From assembly GCA_963767415.1 (NCBI GenBank), contig CAVYEU010000095.1, positions 2,959 to 66,958 on the forward strand: 64,000 nucleotides of DNA, read 5' to 3'. Positions 1 through 8,664 of this stretch are shown in pieces. The number at the start of each line of letters is the position of its first letter. Position 1 is the first letter of the stretch. A model generated the notes under the pieces. The model did no database searches. It saw nothing but the letters and a program-made list of their open reading frames with translations, and was not told where the DNA came from. Position numbers and translations under genes: made by a program. The DNA is from an uncultured Eubacteriales bacterium (GTDB lineage: Bacteria; Bacillota; Clostridia; Acetivibrionales; CAVYEU01).

Positions 1-578
1 TTGCTTACATTCTCCCTAACATTTTTAATCAGAAGACCATATTCATTTGGCATGGAATAGCCAACTGTATCCGGAATATTAACAACAGTTGCACCAGCTT
101 TTATTACTGCTTCAATCAACTTATATAAAAACTCTAGTCTGGATCTACTCGCATCTTCTGCTGAAAACTCTACGTCATTACAATACTTCTTGGCGTGTTT
201 TACCATTGCAACAGCTCTTTCAAAAACTTCATCTTCAGTCATTTTTAGTTTGTACTTCATATGGATATCTGAAGTCGCAAGAAAAGTATGTATTCTAGGA
301 CTATAAGCTCCTTTTACTGCTTCCCAGGCCCTATCAATATCCTTCTCAATAGCCCTGCTTAAGCTTGCAATAATTACATCATGTACATTCTCAGAAATTG
401 TCTTTATAGACTCAAAGTCACCAGGAGAAGCAATTGCAAACCCAGCTTCAATAACATCGACTCCAAGCTTTACTAGTTGTCTTGCAATCTCTAGCTTTTC
501 AGTTATGTTTAAATTAACTCCAGGAGTCTGTTCTCCATCTCTTAGTGTAGTATCAAATATTTTAACCCTCTTAGGCAT
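1..578 (-). CDS. leuA: 2-isopropylmalate synthase, N-terminal part (gene runs off the window start)
   Basis: Reverse translation from the ATG at 576-578 gives [24 protein letters not shown]...; the HMGL-like DRE-TIM motif [11 protein letters not shown] is present; gene is collinear with ilvC and ilvN on the minus strand. Confidence 0.88.
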   Translation of the reverse strand, partial: MPKRVKIFDTTLRDGEQTPGVNLNITEKLEIARQLVKLGVDVIEAGFAIASPGDFESIKTISENVHDVIIASLSRAIEKDIDRAWEAVKGAYSPRIHTFLATSDIHMKYKLKMTEDEVFERAVAMVKHAKKYCNDVEFSAEDASRSRLEFLYKLIEAVIKAGATVVNIPDTVGYSMPNEYGLLIKNVRENVS

Positions 579-607
579 ATTATTTCAATTCCTTCCCACA
601 TAGAAAT

Positions 608-1609
608 CTATTTTTTTAGCCAGCTCATCATTTTTCTTAATTCAGTTCCTACAATCTCTACTTGATGCTCAGATTCATTTCTTCTCATAGCAAGGAAGTT
701 TGCTCTATTAGAGGCTTTGTTTTCAGCTATCCAATTTGATGCAAATATACCATCTTGAATCTCTTTTAATACCTTTTTCATTTCTTTCCTTGATTCTTCA
801 TTGATAATCCTCTTGCCAGTCATATAGTCTCCATACTCAGCAGTATCACTAATTGAATACCTCATATAAGAAAAACCGCCCTGATTAATCAGGTCAACAA
901 TTAATTTTAGTTCATGAACACATTCGAAGTAAGCAATCTCCGGTTGGTATCCAGCACCAACAAGGGTCTCAAAACCAGCTTTCATAAGCTCTGTAACTCC
1001 TCCACATAAAACTGTTTGCTCACCAAAAAGGTCTGTCTCAGTCTCTTCCCTAAATGTTGTCTGCAATATGCCAGCTCTTCCAGCCCCGATACCAGAAGCA
1101 TATGCAAGTGCGTAATCTTTTGCTTTTCCTGAAATGTCCTGATGAATAGCAATTAATGCAGGGACTCCACGTCCTTCCTTATACTGACTTCTTACAGTAT
1201 GTCCCGGCCCCTTTGGTGCAACCATTACAACATCAACAAACTCAGGTGCAATTATCTGGTTGAAATGAATATTAAATCCATGAGCAAACATTAAAACATT
1301 TCCAGATACCAAATAAGGCTTAATACTTTTATCATATGTGTCTGCCTGTGTTTGATCCGGCGTTAACATCATTATAATATCTGCTATTTGAGTAGCTTCA
1401 GAAGTCTCAAGAACTCGAAGTCCATCTTTTGATACCATTTCCCATCTTCGTGATGCTTTCTGTAACCCAACAACAACATCTATCCCACTATCATTTAAGT
1501 TCTGTGCATGTGCATGTCCCTGGCTACCATAACCTATAATTGCAACAGTTTTTCCCTTAAGTAAATCAAATTTACAATCACTGTCATAATACATTTTTGC
1601 CATTTCCAC
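608..1609 (-). CDS. ilvC: ketol-acid reductoisomerase
   Basis: 333-aa ORF beginning [38 protein letters not shown]..., the classic IlvC N-terminal Rossmann fold, with an IlvC-like C-terminal region. Confidence 0.95.
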   Translation of the reverse strand: MEMAKMYYDSDCKFDLLKGKTVAIIGYGSQGHAHAQNLNDSGIDVVVGLQKASRRWEMVSKDGLRVLETSEATQIADIIMMLTPDQTQADTYDKSIKPYLVSGNVLMFAHGFNIHFNQIIAPEFVDVVMVAPKGPGHTVRSQYKEGRGVPALIAIHQDISGKAKDYALAYASGIGAGRAGILQTTFREETETDLFGEQTVLCGGVTELMKAGFETLVGAGYQPEIAYFECVHELKLIVDLINQGGFSYMRYSISDTAEYGDYMTGKRIINEESRKEMKKVLKEIQDGIFASNWIAENKASNRANFLAMRRNESEHQVEIVGTELRKMMSWLKK

Positions 1610-1654
1610 TCACTCCTTATTTATTATAAATTTTTAATTCTAGCCCCTAGAATA

Positions 1655-2143
1655 TTACATCTGATCTTTGCCTCTTTCTATTGCAATTGTTCCTGTCCTA
1701 ACAATTCCTTTTATTCCGAACGGTCGAACCATGTCCTCTAAGGCAGCTACCTTTTCTGAAGATCCTGATATCTCAATAGTTAATATATCTTTAGACACAT
1801 CTACTATCTTAGCTCTAAAGATCTCAACAATCTGAATTATTTCTGTTCTTGAAGATGCTGTTGTACTTACTTTAATTAGTGCAAGCTCTCTTACAACTGA
1901 TTCTGTTTTTTTTAATTGTTTTATTTTTATAACGTCAATTAGCTTGTTTAATTGCTTATAAACCTGTTCTACAGTATAATCATCTCCATCAACTATAATA
2001 GTTATTCTAGAAACATCAGGATTTTCAGTAATACCGACAGCTAAGCTATCAATATTAAACCCTCTTCTACTAAATAGCCCTGATACTCTTGATAGTACAC
2101 CAGGTTGATTTTCGACTAAGACAGATAAAATATGTTTTGCCAT
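1655..2143 (-). CDS. ilvN: acetolactate synthase small (regulatory) subunit, ACT domain
   Basis: MAKHILSVLVENQPGVLSRVSGLFSRRGFNIDSLAVG matches the IlvN/IlvH ACT domain. The likely start is the ATG at 2143, preceded by an AGGAG RBS, not the longer ORF starting at 2194. No ilvB large-subunit gene lies upstream. Confidence 0.85.
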   Translation of the reverse strand: MAKHILSVLVENQPGVLSRVSGLFSRRGFNIDSLAVGITENPDVSRITIIVDGDDYTVEQVYKQLNKLIDVIKIKQLKKTESVVRELALIKVSTTASSRTEIIQIVEIFRAKIVDVSKDILTIEISGSSEKVAALEDMVRPFGIKGIVRTGTIAIERGKDQM

Positions 2144-2300
2144 AAACACTTCTCCTTTAAGCCTTTTAAGATATTGCAAAATCAATGTTACCATAGAACT
2201 ATTTATATTACTATAGCAACTTCTTTGAGTTTTCTGCGATGTTAAGTTTTTACCGATTCAGACTCCATAAGATATCATTAAATTCCATAATAATAAATAA

Positions 2301-2957
2301 TCACAAATTTACTTGTTTTTTAAAATATTTTTCTTTCAAAAACGTTATAACTGCTGGAAGTATTGAAATAAATATTATTGCAAATATCACTAATGTAAAG
2401 TTATGTTTTACAGTGGGAATATTTCCAAAAAAGTAGCCTCCACACAAAAATAGTAACACCCATGATATACCACCCGCTAAATTATAAACAACAAATTTTG
2501 AATATTCCATTGAACCAATACCTGCAACAAAGGGAGCAAATGTACGAATAATCGGGATAAACCTAGCAAATATTATCGTCTTCCCTCCATACTTTTCATA
2601 AAAATCATGAGTCTTCATTAAATATTCTTTATTTAAAAATCTGATTTTTCCCTGACCAAAAATTTTTGGTCCAATGAATTTACCAATATGGTAGTTTACT
2701 GTATCCCCTGCAAATGCCGCAAATATCAGTAGAAAAGCTAAAAATCGGAATTGTAAGCTAGCTATGGCAGCGAACGTTCCAGCAACAAAAATCAAAGAAT
2801 CCCCTGGTAGAATTGGCATAACAACAAGCCCAGTCTCACAAAAAACGATTGCAAACAGAATCAGGTATGTAAACGCCCCATAGTTTTGTAGAATTGCTTG
2901 TAAATGCTTATCTAAATGAATAATAAAATCAAATAAAAATATTATAAAATCTACCAT
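2301..2957 (-). CDS. DedA/SNARE-associated family membrane protein
   Basis: 218 aa, multi-TM, with typical DedA motifs (FCETGLVVMPILPGDSLIFVAG...). Confidence 0.75.
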   Translation of the reverse strand: MVDFIIFLFDFIIHLDKHLQAILQNYGAFTYLILFAIVFCETGLVVMPILPGDSLIFVAGTFAAIASLQFRFLAFLLIFAAFAGDTVNYHIGKFIGPKIFGQGKIRFLNKEYLMKTHDFYEKYGGKTIIFARFIPIIRTFAPFVAGIGSMEYSKFVVYNLAGGISWVLLFLCGGYFFGNIPTVKHNFTLVIFAIIFISILPAVITFLKEKYFKKQVNL

Positions 2958-3062
2958 AACCTTCGATTCCTCCTATTTTTTATAGTACAACAACCGTTAC
3001 TATTATATACTTAATTGTAATTAGGTATATAGCTTTTTATTTTTAGGCAGAGGACAAGATTA

Positions 3063-4115
3063 TTATTTTAATTCATTTAATTGCTTTACCAAGCTATATG
3101 GAATTATTTGATTTGGTATTGTGTCTTTATATGCTCTTTCCTTATGCATATAATCAATAATCTCCTTGGATTTATAATCCTTAAATTTTGTAGCAACTAC
3201 TTCAAGAACACTTAACTCATCCAAAGAAAAATCTGAAATATTAACTTCTTTATTTGATTGGATCCTATAGCTTATATCATCATAGATTAATTCTTCAACT
3301 ACTTTTATTGTTGGTAATGCAATTATTTCATCGTATGCAATTGGCAAAGCTCCAAACAGCATATGTTTATATATTAATCCTGTCATTGATTTACCATGTC
3401 TTCCAAAGAAGATAGAATCAGCATACCACAAAAGATTCATGAGTTTGACTTTATAGAGGTTATCAACAAATTGTGAAAAATAGCCCATAACATTTGCAAC
3501 CTTGTCAATGTTTAAAATCTTGTATCCATTAAGATCACTCTCTTCTTCAAAATTAACATATTGGCTACTAATCTCTTGCCTCTTTAAATAGAGATTTCCA
3601 ACCTCTTCAACCCTATTTGTAATATTTTTGCGAATTCTAGAATACTTTTCTTGAATAAATCTATTCTTATGCTTATCAATACACTCCAAAGCAAACATAG
3701 GATTTACACGAACCATTCTCATTAGATTATCATAAGTTTCATCTTGTATCGTTTTGCTCTCATACCTTGTAACTGTGACATCTCCCCAACCAAGTATTGC
3801 AGATAAATCACTTTGGGTTAATTGATAATAATCACGAATACCTGCAATTTCGTTAGAAGTTAATAATCCATTCTTTTGACGATAGAAATTCCTTGCTCGG
3901 AGCAAATTTTCATCCATCAAACTAGCTGGAACAAATTCATTCTCTTCTTCATCACTTAATGGACATAAAAAATAAATTTCTTCATAATCTACTGTTTCAT
4001 CTTTTACAATGGCTTGAGACAATCTTCTCCTTTGCTCTAATGAATGAGCTTTGTTACAAAAAGGGCAATCCATGGTAATCATGCTGATTAGATAATCATT
4101 ATTCATATTCATCAC
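3063..4115 (-). CDS. putative antitoxin: MqsA-like Zn-ribbon + XRE HTH N-terminus fused to a Panacea/DUF4065-like C-terminal domain
   Basis: N-terminus has CPFC...C and an XRE-type HTH (LTSNEIAGIRDYYQLTQSDLSAILGWGDVTVTRYESKT). C-terminal segment KVKLMNLLWYADSIFFGRHGKSMTGLIYKHMLFGALPIAYDEI resembles the DUF4065/Panacea core (KLQKLLYFAq...G.PL...Y.A...GPV). The gene sits 15 nt downstream of an MqsR-like ORF, and a GAGAGGAG RBS precedes its ATG. Confidence 0.5.
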   Translation of the reverse strand: MMNMNNDYLISMITMDCPFCNKAHSLEQRRRLSQAIVKDETVDYEEIYFLCPLSDEEENEFVPASLMDENLLRARNFYRQKNGLLTSNEIAGIRDYYQLTQSDLSAILGWGDVTVTRYESKTIQDETYDNLMRMVRVNPMFALECIDKHKNRFIQEKYSRIRKNITNRVEEVGNLYLKRQEISSQYVNFEEESDLNGYKILNIDKVANVMGYFSQFVDNLYKVKLMNLLWYADSIFFGRHGKSMTGLIYKHMLFGALPIAYDEIIALPTIKVVEELIYDDISYRIQSNKEVNISDFSLDELSVLEVVATKFKDYKSKEIIDYMHKERAYKDTIPNQIIPYSLVKQLNELK

Positions 4116-4130
4116 TCCTCTCTCACCAAT

Positions 4131-4544
4131 TTAGGTATATGGTCTTTGTGTAGTCAATAGATACCTTGCAAAATGGAACGAAACACAAAAAACTTTGCAG
4201 TTTTTTCTATCCCTTATCTTTGCTTTTATATATACCTCTCGATTTTTTATTGTTTTACCAAATGCAAAGAAGGTAGGTAAGCCATTATCTTTATTATCAA
4301 TAAAAGTTTCCATGTACTCTGAAATATCTAGTGATAAAAGTTGATTTTTAACATCATGCCTATCAAAATCAAGTGCCAGCATAGTATTAAAAGTTGTATA
4401 TGGATCAGTTGGTAATTCATTTTTCTTTTTAGGAAGTATATCCAAATCCCTCAAAATATCAAAATTCGGATTAATCAACACTTCCTTAAGCACTTTTAAA
4501 AATATTATTAAATCGCTTTCAGGTGAAATTATTTTCAAACTCAC
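4131..4544 (-). CDS. putative MqsR-family toxin (mRNA interferase-like)
   Basis: 137 aa. Its C-terminal half (LSLDISEYMETFIDNKDNG...FAFGKTIKNREVYIKAKI...VFCVSFHFA) aligns by eye with E. coli MqsR (GLSESDFYKSMTTYSDHT...DVYRPRLVTGQVYLKITV...VLIVSFKEK). Toxin-first gene order matches mqsRA. Confidence 0.45.
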   Translation of the reverse strand: MSLKIISPESDLIIFLKVLKEVLINPNFDILRDLDILPKKKNELPTDPYTTFNTMLALDFDRHDVKNQLLSLDISEYMETFIDNKDNGLPTFFAFGKTIKNREVYIKAKIRDRKNCKVFCVSFHFARYLLTTQRPYT

Positions 4545-4674
4545 ATTTTCACCTCCATAATAATATTATATGCTATCAATTGATAGTTTGCAAATAAAAT
4601 TATTATCTTTTGATAATAATTTTATGCATAATAATTTTTGAATTTAGGTTTTTATTTTTTTAATTACAGCTAAA

Positions 4675-4702
4675 TTGACTTTGTCTACAACTATGTTATA
4701 AT
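4675..4702 (+). promoter_or_regulatory. sigma-A-type promoter for pgsA (TTGACT-16-TATAAT)
   Basis: TTGACT at 4675-4680, 16-nt spacer, TATAAT at 4697-4702. Confidence 0.5.
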
Positions 4703-4757
4703 GAGTCTCGGTTATTAATTTATGTAGACAACTATGACTTAATAGGAGTTGTTAAGA

Positions 4758-5381
4758 ATGAATCTTCCAAATAAGATAACGTTATCAAGAATATTTTTGG
4801 TACCTATCTTTATGTTATTTATTATACCATTCCCACTTTGGGTATTGGAGTCAAGCTATTTACACATAGTTCATTCTCAGCTGGTAATGCTTAATAACTT
4901 TATTTTGAAAAATGGCAATTATATCGCGGCAATATTCTTTATAATAGCCGCAAGTACAGATGGTGTTGATGGATATATAGCAAGAAAAAGGAAGCAGGTA
5001 ACCCGATTTGGCAAATTCTTAGATCCAATAGCTGATAAACTTTTGGTAACAGCTGCGCTTATAGCCTTGGTTGAACGTAATGACGTAACAGGGTGGGCTG
5101 CCATGATAATAGTAGGTCGAGAGTTTATTGTAACAGGGCTTAGGCTTGTAGCTGCAGGTGAAGGCATAGTAATTGCAGCGAGTAACTGGGGTAAAATAAA
5201 AACTGTTACACAAATGGTTGCTATTGTTGTCGCATTAATTAAAAATTATCCATTATCGTTTTTGACAGATATACCATTTGATAGATATTTCATGTTTATA
5301 GCTGTTGTTGTAACAATATATTCAGGATATGATTATATTAAGAAGAATATAAAAATTATTGGAGTAGGGCAAATCAGCTAA
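4758..5381 (+). CDS. pgsA: CDP-diacylglycerol--glycerol-3-phosphate 3-phosphatidyltransferase
   Basis: CDP-alcohol phosphotransferase motif DGVDGYIARKRKQVTRFGKFLDPIADK. ATG at 4758 follows a TAGGAG RBS; the ORF track starts 9 nt earlier at a TTG. Confidence 0.85.
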   Translation: MNLPNKITLSRIFLVPIFMLFIIPFPLWVLESSYLHIVHSQLVMLNNFILKNGNYIAAIFFIIAASTDGVDGYIARKRKQVTRFGKFLDPIADKLLVTAALIALVERNDVTGWAAMIIVGREFIVTGLRLVAAGEGIVIAASNWGKIKTVTQMVAIVVALIKNYPLSFLTDIPFDRYFMFIAVVVTIYSGYDYIKKNIKIIGVGQIS

Positions 5382-5423
5382 TTTTTCTGTATTTAGAATT
5401 ATTAGAGATGAGGTGTGATTAAG

Positions 5424-5591
5424 ATGAGGGTTCAAGACAGATTGGTATCGAAATCTACTCTTGAAGTAGATAGCAATATTGAATATTATAGAATCATTGA
5501 TTTTTTAAATAAAAATTTGAAAGATAAAAAAATTATGTTTGGATTATCTAAGACAGAGAATAAAATGAAAATCTCGATATACGAAACCTAG
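5424..5591 (+). CDS. small hypothetical protein (55 aa)
   Basis: ATG preceded by a GAGGTG RBS; translates MRVQDRLVSKSTLEVDSNIEYYRIIDFLNKNLKDKKIMFGLSKTENKMKISIYET. Below the ORF-track size cutoff; no recognisable family. Confidence 0.2.
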   Translation: MRVQDRLVSKSTLEVDSNIEYYRIIDFLNKNLKDKKIMFGLSKTENKMKISIYET

Positions 5592-5607
5592 GTATTAAGT
5601 AGTACAT

Positions 5608-6849
5608 ATGGAGGAAGTAATGTCAAAGAAGGTAGTTGTAATAGGCGCTGGACCTGCAGGTATTATGGCAGCATGTGTAGCATCGCAAAAAGGTAACAAA
5701 GTATATTTACTTGAAAAAAATAATAAAATCGGGGAAAAAATTTTAATTTCAGGTAAAGGCAGATGCAACATAACTAATGATACTGATGTTGAAGGTCTGA
5801 TAGAAAACACTCCTGGAAATGGTAATTTTCTTTATTCTGCTTTTCATACTTTTTCAAACACTGACCTAATAAATTTCTTTAATGCCCATGGCTTAGAAAC
5901 AAAGGTTGAAAGAGGAGGACGGGTTTTCCCGGTATCTGATGATGCAAAAGATGTTGTAGACGTATTATTACGATATTTAGAGGAAAGCAATGCTAAGGTT
6001 CTACTAAATTCGAATGCTGAAAAAATTTTGGTAGAAAATAATACTATATCTAGTGTAATACTCAAAAGTGGAAAAGAGATTGTTTGTGATAATGTGGTGC
6101 TAGCAACTGGAGGTGCATCTTATCCATTAACAGGCTCAACCGGTGATGGATATAAAATTGCCAAGTCACTGGGACATACAATTAATGAATTAAAACCATC
6201 CTTAATACCCCTTATCACAAAAGAAAAATGGATTTCAGAGCTTCAAGGGGTATCTCTTAAAAATATTGAGATTACTTTAGTTCATAAAAACTCAAAGGTA
6301 TTGTATACAGATTTTGGTGAAATGATATTTACTCATTTTGGGGTATCCGGTCCTGTTATTCTAAGTGCTAGTAGACATATTTTAGACTATGGATATACCG
6401 GGATAAAACTTTTTATTGATTTAAAACCAGCGCTTAATGTGCAAAAGCTTGACGAACGATTTCAAAGAGATTTTACTAAATATTCAAGAAAACAGTTTAA
6501 AAACTCATTAGATGATTTATTGCCAAAAAAAATGATTCCTATAATGATTAGATTATCAGGCATCTCCCCTGAAAAACCGGTAAACCAAATAACTAAAGAT
6601 GAAAGAAAAATAATCCTTAATCTATTTAAGCAATTTGAACTAAATATCATTGGTTCAAGGCCAATTGATGAAGCTATTGTTACTTCTGGAGGCATATCCG
6701 TCAGCGAAATAAGCCCATCTACAATGGAATCAAAAATAATAAAGAATCTATATTTCGCAGGAGAAATAATTGATGTAGATGCCTACACTGGTGGATACAA
6801 TCTAACCATTGCCTTCTCGACCGGCTATTTGGCAGGGAAAAGTATATAA
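5608..6849 (+). CDS. NAD(P)/FAD-dependent oxidoreductase, HI0933/BaiN (aminoacetone oxidase-like) family
   Basis: VVVIGAGPAGIMAA dinucleotide-binding fold; 413 aa; HI0933-like layout. Confidence 0.75.
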   Translation: MEEVMSKKVVVIGAGPAGIMAACVASQKGNKVYLLEKNNKIGEKILISGKGRCNITNDTDVEGLIENTPGNGNFLYSAFHTFSNTDLINFFNAHGLETKVERGGRVFPVSDDAKDVVDVLLRYLEESNAKVLLNSNAEKILVENNTISSVILKSGKEIVCDNVVLATGGASYPLTGSTGDGYKIAKSLGHTINELKPSLIPLITKEKWISELQGVSLKNIEITLVHKNSKVLYTDFGEMIFTHFGVSGPVILSASRHILDYGYTGIKLFIDLKPALNVQKLDERFQRDFTKYSRKQFKNSLDDLLPKKMIPIMIRLSGISPEKPVNQITKDERKIILNLFKQFELNIIGSRPIDEAIVTSGGISVSEISPSTMESKIIKNLYFAGEIIDVDAYTGGYNLTIAFSTGYLAGKSI

Positions 6850-6853
6850 GATA

Positions 6854-8152
6854 CTATATTCCCTTTAAAATTCTATTTGAGATCTTATTTGCATTAAAAA
6901 TTACTTTTTCAAGGTCAATTGTCTTAAGTTCTCTATTTTCCATTAAGATATCTCCATCTACAATAACGGTATCAACATCTGAAGCCTGAGTTGAATAAAC
7001 GATGGCTGATTGCAAGTCAGTTATCGGATTCATATGGGGTGCTTTTGTATCAATAAGTATGATATCTGCTTTTGCACCTTCCTTTATTATTCCTAAATTA
7101 TTTTTAAATCCTAGTGCACATGCTCCATTCACTGTTGCTAGTCTAATTGATGTATCAGTATTTATTAACAAGGGATCCATATTTACTCCTTTATGTATCA
7201 GAGCAGCAAGGTTCATTTCTTCAAACATGTTTAGGTTATTATTACTTGCTGCACCATCCGTGCCAAGGCAAACGTTTATTCCTTTTTCTATCATTTTAGG
7301 TATATTTGCGATTCCACTGCCGAGCTTCAAATTGCTTGTTGGGTTATGCGAAACATTAACATTCTTACGTTTAAAAATCTCAATATCATTATCAGTAAGA
7401 TGAACACAATGAGCAGCAATAACAGGGACATCAAATATTCCAGTTTTTTCACATACCTCAGCAGAATTCATACCATACATCTCCAAGCTTCGTTCTTTTT
7501 CATTTGCTGTTTCTAATATATGAATGACTATACCGGTATTTAGCTCTTTTGCAAGAAGAGCGGCTTTCTGAAGCAATATTTCATTAAACAAGTATACTGA
7601 GTGAACTTCGATAAATACCTTTATTCTGCCGTTTGAAGAGTTATTCCATCTATTATAATAATCAATTGTTCCTTGAAATTCTTCTTTATATGTGCTTAAT
7701 CTTACTGGACTATTTGTCATTACTGCTCTTATTCCAGTTTCCGATGCTGCTTGCGCTACAATATCCATAAACAAATACATGTCTACAAAACTGGTTGTTC
7801 CACTTTTAATCATTTCCGCGATACCAAGTAATGTTCCCCAATACACATCATCAGGTGTAAGCCTTGCTTCAGCTTTAAAGATATAATTGAAAAGCCAGTC
7901 TTCTAGACATTTGTCTCCTGCAAAATTTCTCAAGAGGGTCATCGCACTATGGGTATGTGTATTAATAAGACCTGGCATTGCAATCTTATTTTTACCTTCA
8001 ATAACTTTATCTACTTTAAAATCTGTAAAATTATTATCCATGCAACTAAGAAACTCAATGATACCATCTCGAATTCCAATATTACAGTTTATGATAGTTC
8101 TTAAAATCGGGTCATTTGTGATAATATCAACGTTTTTTATAAGAATATTCAT
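6854..8152 (-). CDS. mtaD: amidohydrolase, 5-methylthioadenosine/S-adenosylhomocysteine deaminase-like
   Basis: 432 aa with the metal-binding HTH motif (GLINTHTHSAMTLLRNFAGD) and an amidohydrolase-1 fold. Confidence 0.75.
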   Translation of the reverse strand: MNILIKNVDIITNDPILRTIINCNIGIRDGIIEFLSCMDNNFTDFKVDKVIEGKNKIAMPGLINTHTHSAMTLLRNFAGDKCLEDWLFNYIFKAEARLTPDDVYWGTLLGIAEMIKSGTTSFVDMYLFMDIVAQAASETGIRAVMTNSPVRLSTYKEEFQGTIDYYNRWNNSSNGRIKVFIEVHSVYLFNEILLQKAALLAKELNTGIVIHILETANEKERSLEMYGMNSAEVCEKTGIFDVPVIAAHCVHLTDNDIEIFKRKNVNVSHNPTSNLKLGSGIANIPKMIEKGINVCLGTDGAASNNNLNMFEEMNLAALIHKGVNMDPLLINTDTSIRLATVNGACALGFKNNLGIIKEGAKADIILIDTKAPHMNPITDLQSAIVYSTQASDVDTVIVDGDILMENRELKTIDLEKVIFNANKISNRILKGI

Positions 8153-8183
8153 AACAATATGATCTCCTCCAAGAATGAATTAG

Positions 8184-8257
8184 TCGAGGCGACATGATTT
8201 GAACATGCGACTTCTGCGTCCCGAACGCAGCGCTCTACCAAGCTGAGCCACGCCTCG
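8184..8257 (-). tRNA. tRNA-Pro (anticodon CGG)
   Basis: Reverse complement folds as a cloverleaf: 7-bp acceptor CGAGGCG/CGCCTCG, D-arm GCTCAGCTTGGTAGAGC, anticodon stem CTGCG/CGCAG with loop TTCGGGA, T-arm GTTCAAATC. CCA is not encoded. Confidence 0.85.
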
Positions 8258-8289
8258 CATAAATTTAAACCTCTAAATAGATTATATAC

Positions 8290-8331
8290 TGTACTGACGG
8301 TTACAAAATAACATTTTTGTAACCGTCAGTA
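8290..8331. terminator. 18-bp-stem hairpin between tRNA-Pro and the IS remnant
   Basis: GTACTGACGGTTACAAAA-loop-TTTTGTAACCGTCAGTAC, a perfect inverted repeat. Confidence 0.5.
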
Positions 8332-8480
8332 CATGTTAATACTTGCCTCATTAAAAAAATTATTACCTCAGCAAGTATATGTTTTTTTAATTATCATTAA
8401 TATTTTTTCATGCTTTATGATATAATATTTTAATCTCGTATGCAATTAAATTCTTTATGATCTTCTTTAACACTAAAAAA

Positions 8481-8637
8481 AGCAGTACACCGTTATTCGT
8501 GGTAAGAAAACTGACAAAAAAGATGCTACATAGATTGCCGATCTCTTTAATCATGCCCTCGTAGCCGGAAGCTTTATGCCTCCTGTTTATATTAGGCAAC
8601 TTCGTGACCTAATAATGCGCTACAGGTTCACGGTTTG
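8481..8637 (+). pseudogene. IS110-family transposase remnant (internal fragment with an in-frame stop)
   Basis: Translates RGKKTDKKDAT*IADLFNHALVAGSFMPPVYIRQLRDLIMRYRFTV, matching the IS110-family block ..KTDriDAe.LA.l.....l..VpvP.....LR.L.R.R..LV. No intact ORF survives; it lies next to tRNA-Pro. Confidence 0.6.
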
Positions 8638-8664
8638 AAAATTTTTGTCCTTTAGCTGTTCCTA

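Noticed and set aside
89-298. 69-aa plus-strand ORF at the window start
   Set aside because: It is antisense to the well-supported leuA N-terminal coding sequence.
4919-5213. Two minus-strand ORFs (82 and 64 aa) inside pgsA
   Set aside because: Antisense to a confidently identified CDP-alcohol phosphotransferase gene; Ser/Thr-rich low-complexity translations typical of antisense frames.
8408-8599. 63-aa minus-strand ORF
   Set aside because: It overlaps a plus-strand IS110 transposase remnant with a clear family motif, has no RBS and has an odd composition. Judged spurious.
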